Shown: positions 1 through 12,750 of the stretch, in pieces
Layout: the number at the start of each line of letters is the position of its first letter
Position numbering within the stretch: position 1 is the stretch's first letter
Origin: Eledone cirrhosa
Lineage: Eukaryota
Direction: 5' to 3'
Assembly (NCBI GenBank): GCA_964016885.1
Contig: OZ024761.1
Span: 4,402,001-4,466,000, forward strand
Length of the DNA stretch: 64,000 nt
Notes under the pieces: generated by a model
Seen by the model: the letters and a program-made list of their open reading frames with translations, nothing else
The model's database searches: none
Told to the model about the DNA's origin: nothing
Translations under genes and position numbers: made by a program

Positions 1-84
1 TCCATGTTAGGACGAGTTATCTATGGTACTGAAGAGGTTAAATAAAGTAATTTGTTTAAGAGATAGAGACAAATCAATATTTAC

Positions 85-257
85 TTTCATAGTCTGATAG
101 AGCTGGGAATTCATAGATATGTTCGCAAGTGTTTACACTGCTAGGAATGCAGAAGCCAAAATGGAAATCAAAACTTTTCAGAAGTTTTTCACGGAAATAG
201 TGACGTTCAATCATTCGGAAATCTTTGACTGGTTTGTTACCAACAACAAATTCTACA
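85..257 (-). CDS. unc-119: unc-119 homolog, internal coding exon (C-terminal part of the PDE-delta/UNC119 domain)
   Basis: Translates (T)[57 protein letters not shown], the conserved UNC119 segment. Polypyrimidine-CAG acceptor at 260-258, GTAAAT donor at 84, 173 bp, phase matches the upstream exon. Confidence 0.95.
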
Positions 258-415
258 CTGGAAGAAAAAAACAGGAAAATAAATGGAGGGAAATGACTCA
301 GTATTTTTCTAATGCTAAAATTTCTTTCCATATGCTGACGTATATATGTGTGTGTGTAAGTGCAAGAACTGCAGGAGCTGGTGCAATAATATGTGCAAGA
401 AGAAGTAGGAACCTT

Positions 416-1430
416 GTAACTCTTTACCATTTACATTACTCTATATATACTATTGTATTTTCACAGTAAAGGCTTTACCTCACATAATATCTCACAACAT
501 TTACATTACTCTATATATACTATTGTATTTTCACAGTAAAGGCTTTACCTCACATAATATCTCACAACATTTACATTACTCTATATATACTATTGTATTT
601 TCGCAGTAAAGGCTTTACCTCACATAATATCTCACAACATTTACATTACTCTATATATACTATTGTATTTTCACAGTAAAGGCTTTACCTCACATAATAT
701 CTCACAACATTTACATTACTCTATATATACTATTGTATTTTCGCAGTAAAGGCTTTACCTCACATAATATCTCACAACATTTACATTACTCTATATATAC
801 TATTGTATTTTCACAGTAAAGGCTTTACCTCACATAATATCTCACAACATTTACATTACTCTATATATACTATTGTATTTTCACAGTAAAGGCTTTACCT
901 CACATATCTCACAACATTTACATTACTCTATATATACTATTGTATTTTCACAGTAAAGGCTTTACCTCACATAATATCTCACAACATTTACATTACTCTA
1001 TATATACTATTGTATTTTCGCAGTAAAGGCTTTACCTCACATAATATCTCACAACATTTACATTACTCTATATATACTATTGTATTTTCACAGTAAAGGC
1101 TTTACCTCACATAATATCTCACAACATTTACATTACTCTATATATACTATTGTATTTTCACAGTAAAGGCTTTACCTCACATAATATCTCACAACATTTA
1201 CATTACTCTATATATACTATTGTATTTTCACAGTAAAGGCTTTACCTCACATAATATCTCACAACATTTACATTACTCTATATATACTATTATATTTTCA
1301 CAGTAATATCGAATCTGAGATTTTGATATTTATTTTGAGAACAATACCTTAACATCAGTATGAGTGGCCAGTTACAGCCAGTTTGAACAGAAAGAGGTGA
1401 GATAATTCTGGGCGAATATGGCTGGTTTTT
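416..1430 (+). mobile_element. piggyBac-type MITE (decayed left end, right TIR lost) with about 12 x 70-bp tandem array at 428-1304
   Basis: GTAACTCTTTACCATTTA resembles the TTAACCCTTTAGCATTTA end of the other copies; the tail after the array matches that of 35246-35606. Confidence 0.75.
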
Positions 1431-1559
1431 TTTTTTATAAAACTATAATGGAAGACTAAGATAAATATAAAAACTTTAATATTTTGTATTATTGAACCAA
1501 GGGTTTCAAGGAACCGAAGAGTTAATGATCCACATATTCTTCTCCCCTGATATACAGGC

Positions 1560-1742
1560 TTCCTAGGCTGTGATTTAAAGATGAGATGTGGCTGCTATTT
1601 CTAGCAGTAAGTTAAATAACGGCCTAGGATGTGATTTGAGGATGAGATTTGACTGCTATTTCTAGCAGTAAGTTAAATAACCACCTTGATACCTCACTAG
1701 GGTGTGATTTGAGGAGGAGATTTGACTGCTATTTCTAGCAGA
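1560..1742. repeat. three copies of an approximately 60-bp unit
   Basis: CTAGG..GTGATTTGAGGATGAGATTTGACTGCTATTTCTAGCAG repeated three times. Confidence 0.7.
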
Positions 1743-1899
1743 CGAAGTTGAGTGACCACATAGAATATAGGTTGCTAATAGCAACAAAGTGTTTGTTTAA
1801 ATCATTGGAGCACTTAGCAACAGTAGGGATGACATGAGAGAGAGAGAGTGTATGTGTGTGAGAGTGTGTGTGATGGTGGTGGTGGTGGTGTGGTAAATG

Positions 1900-2955
1900 G
1901 ACACACACACACACTACATGGTAATATAGACACACACACTACATGGTGATATATAGACATACACACACACCACATGGTAATATATAGACATACACACACA
2001 CTACATGGTAATATATAGACACACACACACTACATGGTGATATATAGACATACACACACACTAGATGGTGATATATAGACACACACACACTACATGGTGA
2101 TATATAGACATACACACACACTACATGGTGATATATAGACATACACACACACCACATGGTTATATATAGACATACACACACACTACATGGTAATATATAG
2201 ACACACACACACTACATGGTGATATATAGACATACACACACACCACATGGTAATATGTAGACATACACACACACTACATGGTGATATATAGACACACACA
2301 CACTACATGGTAATATATAGACACACACTACATGGTGATATATAGACACACACACACTACATGGTAATATATAGACACACACTACATGGTGATATATAGA
2401 CACACACACACACTACATGGTGATATATAGACACACACACACACTACATGGTGATATATAGACACACACTACATGGTGATATATAGACATACACACACTA
2501 CATGGTGATATATAGACACACACACACACTACATGGTAATATATAGACACACACTACATGGTGATATATAGACACACACACACTACATGGTGATATATAG
2601 ACATACACACACTACATGGTAATATATACACACACACACTACATGGTGATATATAGACATACACACACACTACATGGTGATATATAGACACACACACACA
2701 CTACATGGTAATATATAGACACACACTACATGGTGATATATAGACACACACACACTACATGGTAATATATAGACACACACTACATGGTGATATATAGACA
2801 CACACACACTACATGGTAATATATAGACACACTACATGGTGATATATAGACACACACACTACATGGTAATATATAGACACACACTACATGGTGATATATA
2901 GACATACACACACACTACATGGTGATATATAGACATACACACACACTACATGGTA
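1900..2955. repeat. minisatellite, 25-33-bp unit ACTACATGGT(G/A)ATATATAGAC(AC)n
   Basis: Direct tandem repetition with a variable AC tract. Confidence 0.95.
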
Positions 2956-2994
2956 TTATTCTAAAAACCACCCCAAAAAACCTAATCCACTTAC

Positions 2995-3115
2995 GTTGCT
3001 CCCACAGTTTTCAATCGTAAAAACTGTGGTGTGAAGTGGTACCTGACAAACCTGCCAGCATTAGGGTCAACTTCTTCTCTGTCTGGTGTCTTTTGAATCA
3101 CATCTTCATCTTCCT
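2995..3115 (-). CDS. unc-119: unc-119 homolog, internal coding exon
   Basis: Translates [41 protein letters not shown] (UNC119 motif [25 protein letters not shown]). TTTTATCAG acceptor, GTAAGT donor at 2994, 121 bp, phase 1 to 2. Confidence 0.95.
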
Positions 3116-3184
3116 CTGATAAAATATAAACAGATATACAATCAAGCCGACCACCTCAACAGAAACATTTTAAAGACATACCAA

Positions 3185-3550
3185 ACCTCCGTGCAGTCTG
3201 CGACTAACCCAGGTACTGCTACACGTCGGGCTGAGGAGGCCAAACTCTCCAAGTACCGGTCGCTCTCCGACAGGGCAGGTTTGCGGTCGTGCCCTTGGCA
3301 GTTGGAGACTTCTGGTGTCCTCGGCCCTAGGGCTACCTCCCTACTCATCACCACTGTAGGCGCTGAGCTGGCCAGCTGCAGGCGTGAGCCTCGCGAGTTG
3401 GAATGGCTCTTCCAGCGCATCTCCCTTGCCTTCCTCCGGGGAAACGGCTTCTCCATCCTGTCTGCTGGGGCTGTGGGGAGGCCAGCAGGTGGTACCCCAT
3501 TTGCTCACCATACGGATTAATAGGCAAAGTTATAAACTATTGTAAATAAA
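3185..3550 (+). mobile_element. 3' fragment of a restriction-like-endonuclease non-LTR retrotransposon (CRE-like)
   Basis: AEEAKLSKY...ETSGVLGP...WLFQRISLAFLRGN matches the KxxKY and QRISxAxxRGN C-terminus of RLE LINEs; GC-rich island followed by AATAAA. Confidence 0.75.
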
Positions 3551-3779
3551 TGTTTGTGAGCCTTATATCTTATAAAACCATTTGTTTGAAAGTGTTTACC
3601 ATCTGCATAATCATTTTTGGTGTGTTTTCCAATGTTTGAATGGCTGCTTTCCAGTGTAGTTTTCTATGGCTAGATGCTCTATCTAATGCCACCCACTTTC
3701 AAACATGTACTGGCAGCATTTTATTGAGACTCCAGCAATACCACCTTACAGGGTGGACTGGCGCACTTTGTTGAAGAAC

Positions 3780-4315
3780 CAGCACTACTGGGTGTATGTT
3801 ATCATGACACCAACACTACTACTTTACAGAGTGTACTGGGTGTATTTTATCAATACCAGCATTACCACTTTACAGGGTGGACTGGGTGTATTTTATCATG
3901 ACACTAACACTACTACTTTACAGAGTGCACTGGGTGTATTTTATCATGACACTAACACTACTACTTTACAGAGTGTATGTTATCATGACATCAACACTAC
4001 CATTTTACAGAGTGTACTGGGTGTATTTTAGCATGACACCAACACTACCACTTTACACAGTATATTGGGTGTATTTTATCATGACACCAACACTACCACT
4101 TTACAGAGTGTACTGGGTGTATTTTATCATGACACCAACACTACCACTTTACAGAGTGTACTGGGTGTATTTTATCATGACACCAGTACTACCACTTTAC
4201 AGTGTGTACTGGGTGTATTTTATCAATACCAGCACTACCACTTTACAGAGTGTACTAGGTGTATTTTATTATGACACCAACACTACCACTTTACAGAGTG
4301 TACTGGGTGTATTCT
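3780..4315 (+). repeat. 48-bp minisatellite inside a decayed SINE/LINE tail
   Basis: Unit TTTATCATGACACCAACACTACCACTTTACAGAGTGTACTGGGTGTAT; same family as 39170-39810 and 60915-62525. Confidence 0.9.
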
Positions 4316-4569
4316 AGCACAATAACAATGAGAGTGTGTGCCTCGTCAATCACTGACAGTTAAAAGATTACAACAGTGATTCTGTCTAATTATAACCTTA
4401 ACACAAAAGAAATTGACCGCAAATCGCTAGTGATAATATTAATACTGCTAATTAGATCGTTATAATCCAACTAATTAGTAGGTATAACGAACCTGACTGA
4501 CTTCTCCTCATGAGCCAATGTTTACATTGTACACAACAACTGACTACAGGTCACTACATCTAGCATCTT

Positions 4570-5300
4570 ATCTTACATGTGGTAGAATTTACTGTCCTAC
4601 ATGTGTCAGGGATTACAGTGTCTTACATGTGGCAGGGATTACTGCGTTTTACATGTGGCAGGATTCACTGTGTCTTACATGTGGCAGGGATTACTGTCTT
4701 ACATGTGGCAGGGTTTACTGCCCTACATGTGACGGTTTACTGTGTTTTACATGTGGTAGGGATTACTGTCCTATATGTGACAGAGTTTACTGTCTTACAT
4801 GTGGCAGAGTTTACTGTCTTACACATGGCAGAGTTTACTGTCCTACATGTAACAGGGTTTACTGAGTCTTACATGTGGCAGGGTTTACTGTGTCTTACAT
4901 GCGACAGGAATTACTGTCTTACATGTGGCAGGGATTACTGTCTTACATGTGGCAGGGATTACTGTGTCTTACATGTGGCAGGGATTACTGTGTCTTACAT
5001 GGGGCAGGGCTTACTGTGTCTTACATGGGGCAGAGAGTACTGTGTTACATGTGGCAGGGTTTACTGTCCTATATGTGGCAGGGTTTACTGTGTCTTACAT
5101 GTAGCAGGGTTTACTGTGTCTTACATGTGGCAGGAATTACTGTCTTACATGGGGCAGGGATTACTGCATCTTACATGTGTCTTACATGTAGCAGGGATTA
5201 CTGTCCTACATGTGGTACAGATTACTGTGTTACATGTAGCAGGGATTACTGTGTTACATGTGGCAGGGATTACTGTCTTACATGTGGTAGCGATTACTAT
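4570..5300. repeat. minisatellite, 24-26-bp unit TCTTACATGTGGCAGGGATTACTG(TG)
   Basis: Direct tandem repetition. Confidence 0.9.
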
Positions 5301-5733
5301 GTTAGCCAAAGATAGACTGGGGCCATTTGAATTGGGAATCAATGACAAATGTTGGATCTGGAATGGACCTGCTTTGGCTGTTGAATCAATGGAGATGGCA
5401 TCCTTATGAAATGTGTGTCTGGTAAGAAGGACATCCAGCTGTAGAAAACCTGCCAAAGAAAGGGTTAAGCAAGACCTCAGCTGTGTCAACAGACACAATA
5501 ACCTCTCTAGAGCTGGTGCCATGAAATACACCCAGTTCACTCTGTTGAGTGCAGGAACATATGCAAGTGAGGCGCAGGGCACCAGGCCTTTCTGAGAGGT
5601 TAGTAGCTCCGATGAAGTACGACTTGGTCTGTAACACCCAACTCTTGCTAACAGTGATGATATATCTACAGCTATAAGGACATTCCTATATTGATGTCAA
5701 TCCAATGAATATATCTTTAGAAACACCACCAAC

Positions 5734-5847
5734 CTGTGTCTTCTTGTTTGAGTACTTCAAACAATGTTTCTCCTGTATCACAGTCGCGTAGCTTGAATCG
5801 GATGAAATCTATACCATATATATTGGCTTCAGGTGGACATAGATAAC
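5734..5847 (-). CDS. unc-119: unc-119 homolog, internal coding exon (not in the ORF track)
   Basis: Translates [37 protein letters not shown] (UNC119 YLCxPExNIYxIDFxRFKxRD motif). Long pyrimidine tract plus CAG acceptor at 5850-5848, GTTGGT donor at 5733, 114 bp, phase 1-1. Confidence 0.93.
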
Positions 5848-5999
5848 CTGAATAGAGAAAGAGAAGAAGAGAATTACCGTCAACTTATGATCACTAATTT
5901 GGGTAAATATATCACGAAAGGTAAGCAAAGTTACTGAAGATTAAACAAAGGAGAAAAATGGCCCTTTCATATCAATCTACCTGCTGAAAACTGCCTATT

Positions 6000-7824
6000 T
6001 TAACCCTCTAGCATTTACACTAGCTACTCATACTGATGTTAAGGTATTGTCCTCAAAATAAATAATATCAGAATGTCATAGATTCGATAACATGTGAGAT
6101 ATTATGTGAGGTAAAGCCTTCACTGTGAAAATACAATAGTATATATAGAGTAATGTAAATGTTATGTTAGATATTATGTGAGGTAAAGCCTTTACTGTGA
6201 AAATACAATAGTATGTATAGAGTAATGTAAATGTTATGTGAGATATGTGAGGTAAAGCCTTTACTGTGAAAATACAATAGTATATATAGAGTAATGTAAA
6301 TGTTATGTGAGATATTATGTGAGGTAAAGCCTTTACTGTGAAAATACAATAGTATATATAGAGTAATGTAAATGTTATGTGAGATATTATGTGGGGTAAA
6401 GCCTTTACTGTGAAAATACAATAGTATATATAGAGTAATGTAAATGTTATGTGAGATATTATGTGAGGTAAAGCCTTTACTGTGAAAATACAATAGTATA
6501 TATAGAGTAATGTAAATGTTATGTGAGATATTATGTGAGGTAAAGCCTTTACTGTGAAAATACAATAGTATATATAGAGTAATGTAAATGTTATGTGAGA
6601 TATTATGTGGGGTAAAGCCTTTACTGTGAAAATACAATAGTATATATAGAGTAATGTAAATGTTATGTGAGATATTATGTGAGGTAAAGCCTTTACTGTG
6701 AAAATACAATAGTATATATAGAGTAATGTAAATGTTATGTGAGATATTATGTGAGGTAAAGCCTTTACTGTGAAAATACAATAGTATATATAGAGTAATG
6801 TAAATGTTATGTGAGATATTATGTGGGGTAAAGCCTTTACTGTGAAAATACAATAGTATATATAGAGTAATGTAAATGTTATGTGAGATATTATGTGAGG
6901 TAAAGCCTTTACTGTGAAAATACAATAGTATATATAGAGTAATGTAAATGTTATGTGAGATATTATGTGGGGTAAAGCCTTTACTGTGAAAATACAATAG
7001 TATATATAGAGTAATGTAAATGTTATGTGAGATATTATGTGAGGTAAAGCCTTTACTGTGAAAATATAATAGTATATAAAGAGTAATGTAAATGTTATGT
7101 GAGATATTATGTGAGGTAAAGTGTTTACTGTGAAAATACAATAGTATATATAGAGTAATGTAAATGTTATGAGATATTATGTGAGGTAAAGCCTTTACTG
7201 TGAAAATACAATAGTATATATAGAGTAATGTAAATGTTATGTGGGATATTATGTGAGGTAAAGTGTTTACTGTGAAAATACAATAGTATATATAGAGTAA
7301 TGTAAATGTTATGTGAGATATTATGTGAGGTAAAGCCTTTACTGTGAAAATACAATAGTATATATAGAGTAATGTAAATGTTATGTTAGATATTATGTGA
7401 GGTAAAGTCTTTACTGTGAAAATACAATAGTATATATAGAGTAATGTAAATGTTATGTGAGATATTATGTGAGGTAAAGCCTTTACTGTGAAAATACAAT
7501 AGTATATATAGAGTAATGTAAATGTTATGTTAGATATTATGTGAGGTAAAGCCTTTACTGTGAAAATACAATAGTATATATAGAGTAATGTAAATGTTAT
7601 GTTAGATATTATGTGAGGTAAAGTCTTTACTGTGAAAATACAATAGTATATATAGAGTAATGTAAATGTTATGTGAGATATTATGTGAGGTAAAGCCTTT
7701 ACTGTTAAAATACAATAGTATATATAGAGTAATGTAAATGGTATGTGAGGTATTATGTGAGGTAAAGTCTTTACTGTGAAAATACAATAGTATATATAGA
7801 GTAATGTAAATGGTAAAGGGTTAA
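6000..7824 (-). mobile_element. piggyBac-type MITE with about 24 x 72-bp internal tandem array
   Basis: TTAA-CCCTCTAGCATTTA ... TAAATGGTAAAGGG-TTAA termini, i.e. TTAA target site and CCC/GGG ends. Confidence 0.85.
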
Positions 7825-8437
7825 AGGATTCCTACTTCTTGCACATATTATTGCACCAGCTCCTGCAATTCTTGCACTTAACTCAGCCTTCTACTTATTA
7901 AATTAAAACCTTCCAGCATAATTTTATAAAAGAATATTTTGTTATGTTACCAATATCACGTCAATACTCATCTTTTTCCATTTCTTAGAGGGTTCTAAAC
8001 CTCACTATCAGGCTAAAATATCTTTAGCAAAAAATACGGCGAAAGCTTCTATTTTATGTTTCAAAGTCGCTATTTCAGAACAAACTTGTCACTTTAATAA
8101 AATTATAATCGTAAGTCATTACCAAATTCTTCGTTAATTAATTAAAAGACAAAGTAATTCATTAGAAATACACTAATAAAAGAGTTAATCGTTTCATTTA
8201 TAGATTTCTAACAAAAGAGTTTGCTTATGATTTCCAAGTAATTTTGAAAATAATAACAAATTTTGAAGGGATTTAGTAATGTAACAAATTTATCCTTTAT
8301 TAAACCAGTGTTTGGAACACAACTTAACAAAAGTTCTTACATAGAACCAGGGCCCGCAGAGCTAGGTAATGTGTTTTTGTTTTATTTTTGAGGGTTTTTT
8401 TGCCAAGTATTGAAGGACATGTTTTTTCATTAAACTG

Positions 8438-8610
8438 ATGTGGTGTGTGTGTCTGGTGTGGTGTGGTGTGGTGTGGTGTGTGTGTCTGGTGTGGTGTGGT
8501 GTGGTGTGTGTGTCTGGTGTGGTGTGCTGTGCTGTGCTGTGCTGTGCTGTGCTGTGCTGTGCTGTGGTGTGTGTGTGTGTGTGTGTGTGCGTGCGTGCGT
8601 GTGTGTGTGA
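8438..8610. repeat. compound microsatellite (GTGTG)n/(GCTGT)n/(GT)n
   Basis: Seen directly. Confidence 0.95.
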
Positions 8611-8934
8611 ATGTAGATGTGAATGTTTGAGTAAATGATTGAATAAGCATGTGGGAGAGCATGAATGTGTGAGTGAAAAGCTAGTGTGTATACATGTGTA
8701 TATATGTGTATACATGTGCAAAAACAAGAAGCCCACATGAGTAAAGCAGCAATTGTGTGTTTGCCAAGTGAGGAGGCCTGAATTAATGTCTGCTGTTGGC
8801 TGCTCAGGTGTTTCTGACGAACAAGCTGATGATTCACACCAGTACAGGTAGCTGAGTTGCAACAGAGTGACTCATCTACTGCAGTAAGACAGTACACTCT
8901 GCCTCATCTATGACACAGTAATCACTGACCTGTG

Positions 8935-9150
8935 TCAGTTATAGAGTGACTCATCTGCTGCAGAATGACTCCTCAGCTGTAGAGTTACTCCTGGCGTTGT
9001 AGAGTGACTCCTGGCGTTGTAGAGTGACTCCCGGAGTTGTAGAGTGACTCCCGGAGTTGTAGAGTGAGTCCTGGAGTTGTAGAGTGAGTCCTGGAGTTGT
9101 AGAGCGACTCTTGGAGTTGTAGAGCGACTCATCTGTAGGAGAGTGACTCC
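8935..9150. repeat. 20-bp minisatellite TGTAGAGTGACTCCTGGAGT
   Basis: Direct tandem repetition. Confidence 0.85.
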
Positions 9151-9177
9151 ACAGTAACAAAGACAGCTTGTGTCAGC

Positions 9178-11905
9178 TGAGCTGTAGAGGTGAGCTGTAT
9201 AAGTGAACTGTATAAGTGAACTGTATAAGTGAACTGTATAGGTGAACTGTATAGGTGAGCTGTATAAGTGAGCTGTATAAGTGAGCTGTATAGGTGAACT
9301 GTACAGGTGAGCTGTATAAGTGAGCTGTATAAGTGAGCTGTATAAGTGAGCTGTATAAGTGAGCTGTATAGGTGAGCTGTATAAGTGAGCTGTATAAGTG
9401 AGCTGTATAAGTGAACTGTATAGGTGAACTGTACAGGTGAGCTGTACAGGTGAGCTGTATAGGTGAGCTGTACAGGTGAACTGTATTGTTGAGCTGTATA
9501 GGTGCTCTGTATAGGTGAGCTGTATAAGTGAACTGTACAGGTGAGCTATACAGGTGAGCTGTATAAGTGAGCTGTATAAGTGAACTGTATAGGTGAGCTG
9601 TATAAGTGAACTGTATAGGTGAGCTGTATAAGTGAACTGTACAGGTGAGCTATACAGGTGAGCTGTATAGGTGAGCTGTATAAGTGAACTGTATAGGCGA
9701 GCTGTATAAGTGAACTGTATAGGTGAGCTGTATAAGTGAACTGTACAGGTGAGCTATACAGGTGAGCTGTATAAGTGAGCTGTATAAGTGAACTGTATAA
9801 GTGAGCTGTATAGGTGAACTGTATAGGTGAACTGTATAGGTGAGCTGTATAAGTGAACTGTATAGGTGAGCTGTATAGGTGAGCTGTATAAGTGAGCTGT
9901 ATAAGTGAGCTGTATAAGTGAGCTGTATAAGTGAACTGTATAAGTGAGCTGTATAAGTGAGCTGTATAGGTGAACTGTACGGGTGAGCTGTATAAGTGAG
10001 CTGTACAGGTGAGCTGTACAGGTGAACTGTACAGGTGAGCTGTACAGGTGAACTGTACAGGTGAGCTGTATAAGTGAGCTGTATAGGTGAACTGTATTGT
10101 TGAGCTGTACAGGTGAACTGTATTGTTGAGCTGTATAGGTGCTCTGTATAGGTGAGCTGTATAAGTGAACTGTACAGGTGAGCTGTACAGGTGAGCTGTA
10201 TAAGTGAACTGTATAAGTGAACTGTATAGGTGAGCTGTATAGGTGAGCTGTATAGGTGAGCTGTATAAGTGAGCTGTATAAGTGAACTGTACAGGTGAGC
10301 TGTATAGGTGAGCTGTATAAGTGAGCTGTACAGGTGAACTGTATTGTTGAGCTGTATAGGTGCTCTGTATAGGTGAGCTGTATAAGTGAACTGTACAGGT
10401 GAGCTGTATAGGTGGGCTGTATAGGTGAGCTGTATAAGTGAGCTGTATAGGTGAGCTGTATAAGTGAGCTGTATAAGTGAACTGTATAAGTGAACTGTAC
10501 AGGTGAGCTGTAGAGGTGAGCTGTATAAGTGAGCTGTACAGGTGAGCTGTATAAGTGAGCTGTACAGGTGAACTGTATAGGTGAGCTGTATAAGTGAACT
10601 GTATAGGTGAGCTGTATAGGTGGGCTGTATAGGTGAGCTGTATAAGTGAGCTGTATAGGTGAACTGTACAGGTGAGCTGTATAAGTGAGCTGTACAGGTG
10701 AGCTGTATAGGTGAGCTGTATAGGTGAGCTGTACAGGTGAACTGTACAGGTGAGCTGTATAAGTGAACTGTATAAGTGAACTGTACAGGTGAGCTGTATA
10801 AGTGAACTGTATAGGTGAGCTGTATAAGTGAGCTGTATAAGTGAGCTGTATAGGTGAACTGTACAGGTGATCTGTATAAGTGAGCTGTATAGGTGAACTG
10901 TACAGGTGAGCTGTATAAGTGAGCTGTATAGGTGAGCTGTATAAGTGAACTGTATAGGTGAGCTGTACAGATGAACTGTACAGGTGAGCTGTATAAGTGA
11001 GCTGTATAGGTGAGCTGTATAGGTGAGCTGTACAGGTGAACTGTACAGGTGAGCTGTATAAGTGAGCTGTATAAGTGAACTGTACAGGTGAGCTGTATAA
11101 GTGAACTGTACAGGTGAACTGTATAGGTGAGCTGTATAGGTGAGCTGTATAAGTGAGCTGTATAAGTGAGCTGTATAGGTGAACTGTACAGGTGATCTGT
11201 ATAAGTGAGCTGTATAGGTGAACTGTACAGGTGAGCTGTATAGGTGAGCTGTATAAGTGAACTGTATAGGTGAGCTGTATAAGTGAGCTGTATAGGTGAG
11301 CTGTATAAGTGAGCTGTACAGGTGAACTGTATTGTTGAGCTGTATAGGTGCTCTGTATAGGTGAGCTGTATAAGTGAACTGTACAGGTGAGCTGTACAGG
11401 TGAGCTGTATAAGTGAGCTGTATAAGTGAACTGTATATGTGAGCTGTATAAGTGAACTGTACAGGTGAGCTGTAGAGGTGAACTGTATAAGTGAACTGTA
11501 TAGGTGAGCTGTATAGGTGAACTGTACAGGTGAGCTGTATAGGTGAGCTGTATAAGTGAGCTGTATAGGTGAACTGTATAGGTGAGCTGTATAAGTGAGC
11601 TATATAAGTGAGCTGTATAAGTGAGCTGTATAAGTGAGCTGTATAAGTGAGCTATATAAGTGAGCTGTATAGGTGAGCTGTATAACTGAGCTGTATAAGT
11701 GAGCTGTATAAGTGAGCTGTATAGGTGAACTGTACAGGTGAGCTGTATAAGTGAGCTGTACGGGTGAGCTGTATAAGTGAGCTGTATAGGTGAACTGTAC
11801 AGGTGAGCTGTATAAGTGAACTGTATAGGTGAGCTGTATAAGTGAGCTGTATAAGTGAGCTGTATAAGTGAACTGTACAGGTGAGCTGTATAAGTGAACT
11901 GTACA
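9178..11905. repeat. 14-bp minisatellite GTGA(G/A)CTGTA(T/C)A(A/G), about 2.7 kb
   Basis: Direct tandem repetition; explains the 747-aa ORF. Confidence 0.97.
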
Positions 11906-12029
11906 TATCCAGGCAAGTTGTGAACAAGGTGAGAGTTAGTAACAAAGATCAGCAGAAAATCTAGAATGTACTGAGGAATAACTTCCCCAGGGATCACTTG
12001 TCAACCACACTTCCTGTTTATTATTATTG

Positions 12030-12345
12030 GGCAGTGGATTAGTAGAACCGGTAGAGTGTCGGACACTATTCTTTGCTGCATAGAGTTATCATCCTTACGG
12101 GGTTGAGTACCAGTAATGCACTGAGGTCGATTTAATCAACTTTCTCCTTCCCCTAAAATTACTGGCCTTGTGCTTAAACCAGAAACCATTATTATTATTA
12201 TTATTACGTCCCTTTCCATTCTGAGTTCAAATCCCGCCGAAGTTAACTTTGTCTTTCATCCTTACGGGGTCGATAAAATAAAGTACCAGTAATACACTGG
12301 GATAATTGCTGGCCTTGTGCCAAAAGTAGAAACAATTATTATTAT
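12030..12345 (+). mobile_element. two partial tRNA-derived SINEs (Meta/MESC-like core)
   Basis: Core TTTCATCCTTACGGGGTCGATAAAATAAAGTACCAG and tail GGCCTTGTGCC..AGAAAC(ATT)n. Confidence 0.75.
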
Positions 12346-12750
12346 TATGTGTATGTTTAGTGTATTTATTACACAAACTTATAAAGCAAGTACACACACA
12401 CACACACACAAATTTGTTCTCATAACCTCACCTAACAATAGAATATATCTACACATAATATAAAAGAGAGGTGTTGGTTGGTTAGTTCCTTCGTTTATCA
12501 CACAAAAACAAAAACTGACAATGAAAAAGTACAGTACTGGAATAAGGGTTTAATACCCAGGAAGGTTTATTGATACTGATCAAAGAACACCCCAGGTATG
12601 CTAACTAACCTGGCTGCTATTTCTAGCCGGTTGGGAATCAACCATAAGGGATTCTCTTTGTGCATTCGTTGTCAATAATCGTGTTTCGCGGCCAGCATCT
12701 TCGATTCAAACGCTGGTTTGCACCCACACACAGACACACCTTTATATATA

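Noticed and set aside
119-469. Plus-strand 116-aa ORF
   Set aside because: Antisense shadow of the unc-119 exon running into repeat.
1900-2955. CRISPR-like repeat-spacer appearance of minisatellites
   Set aside because: Spacers are only variable AC tracts, there are no cas genes, and the context is eukaryotic.
6167-7141. Repetitive YFHSKGFTSHNISHN ORFs here and at 44626 and 57038-60392
   Set aside because: Products of the 72-bp MITE satellite.
8814-8835. Adjacent CTGACGA and CTGATGA boxes
   Set aside because: No downstream GAAA or supporting stems.
9754-11997. 747-aa ORF
   Set aside because: Translation of a 14-bp tandem repeat; no domain or splice evidence.
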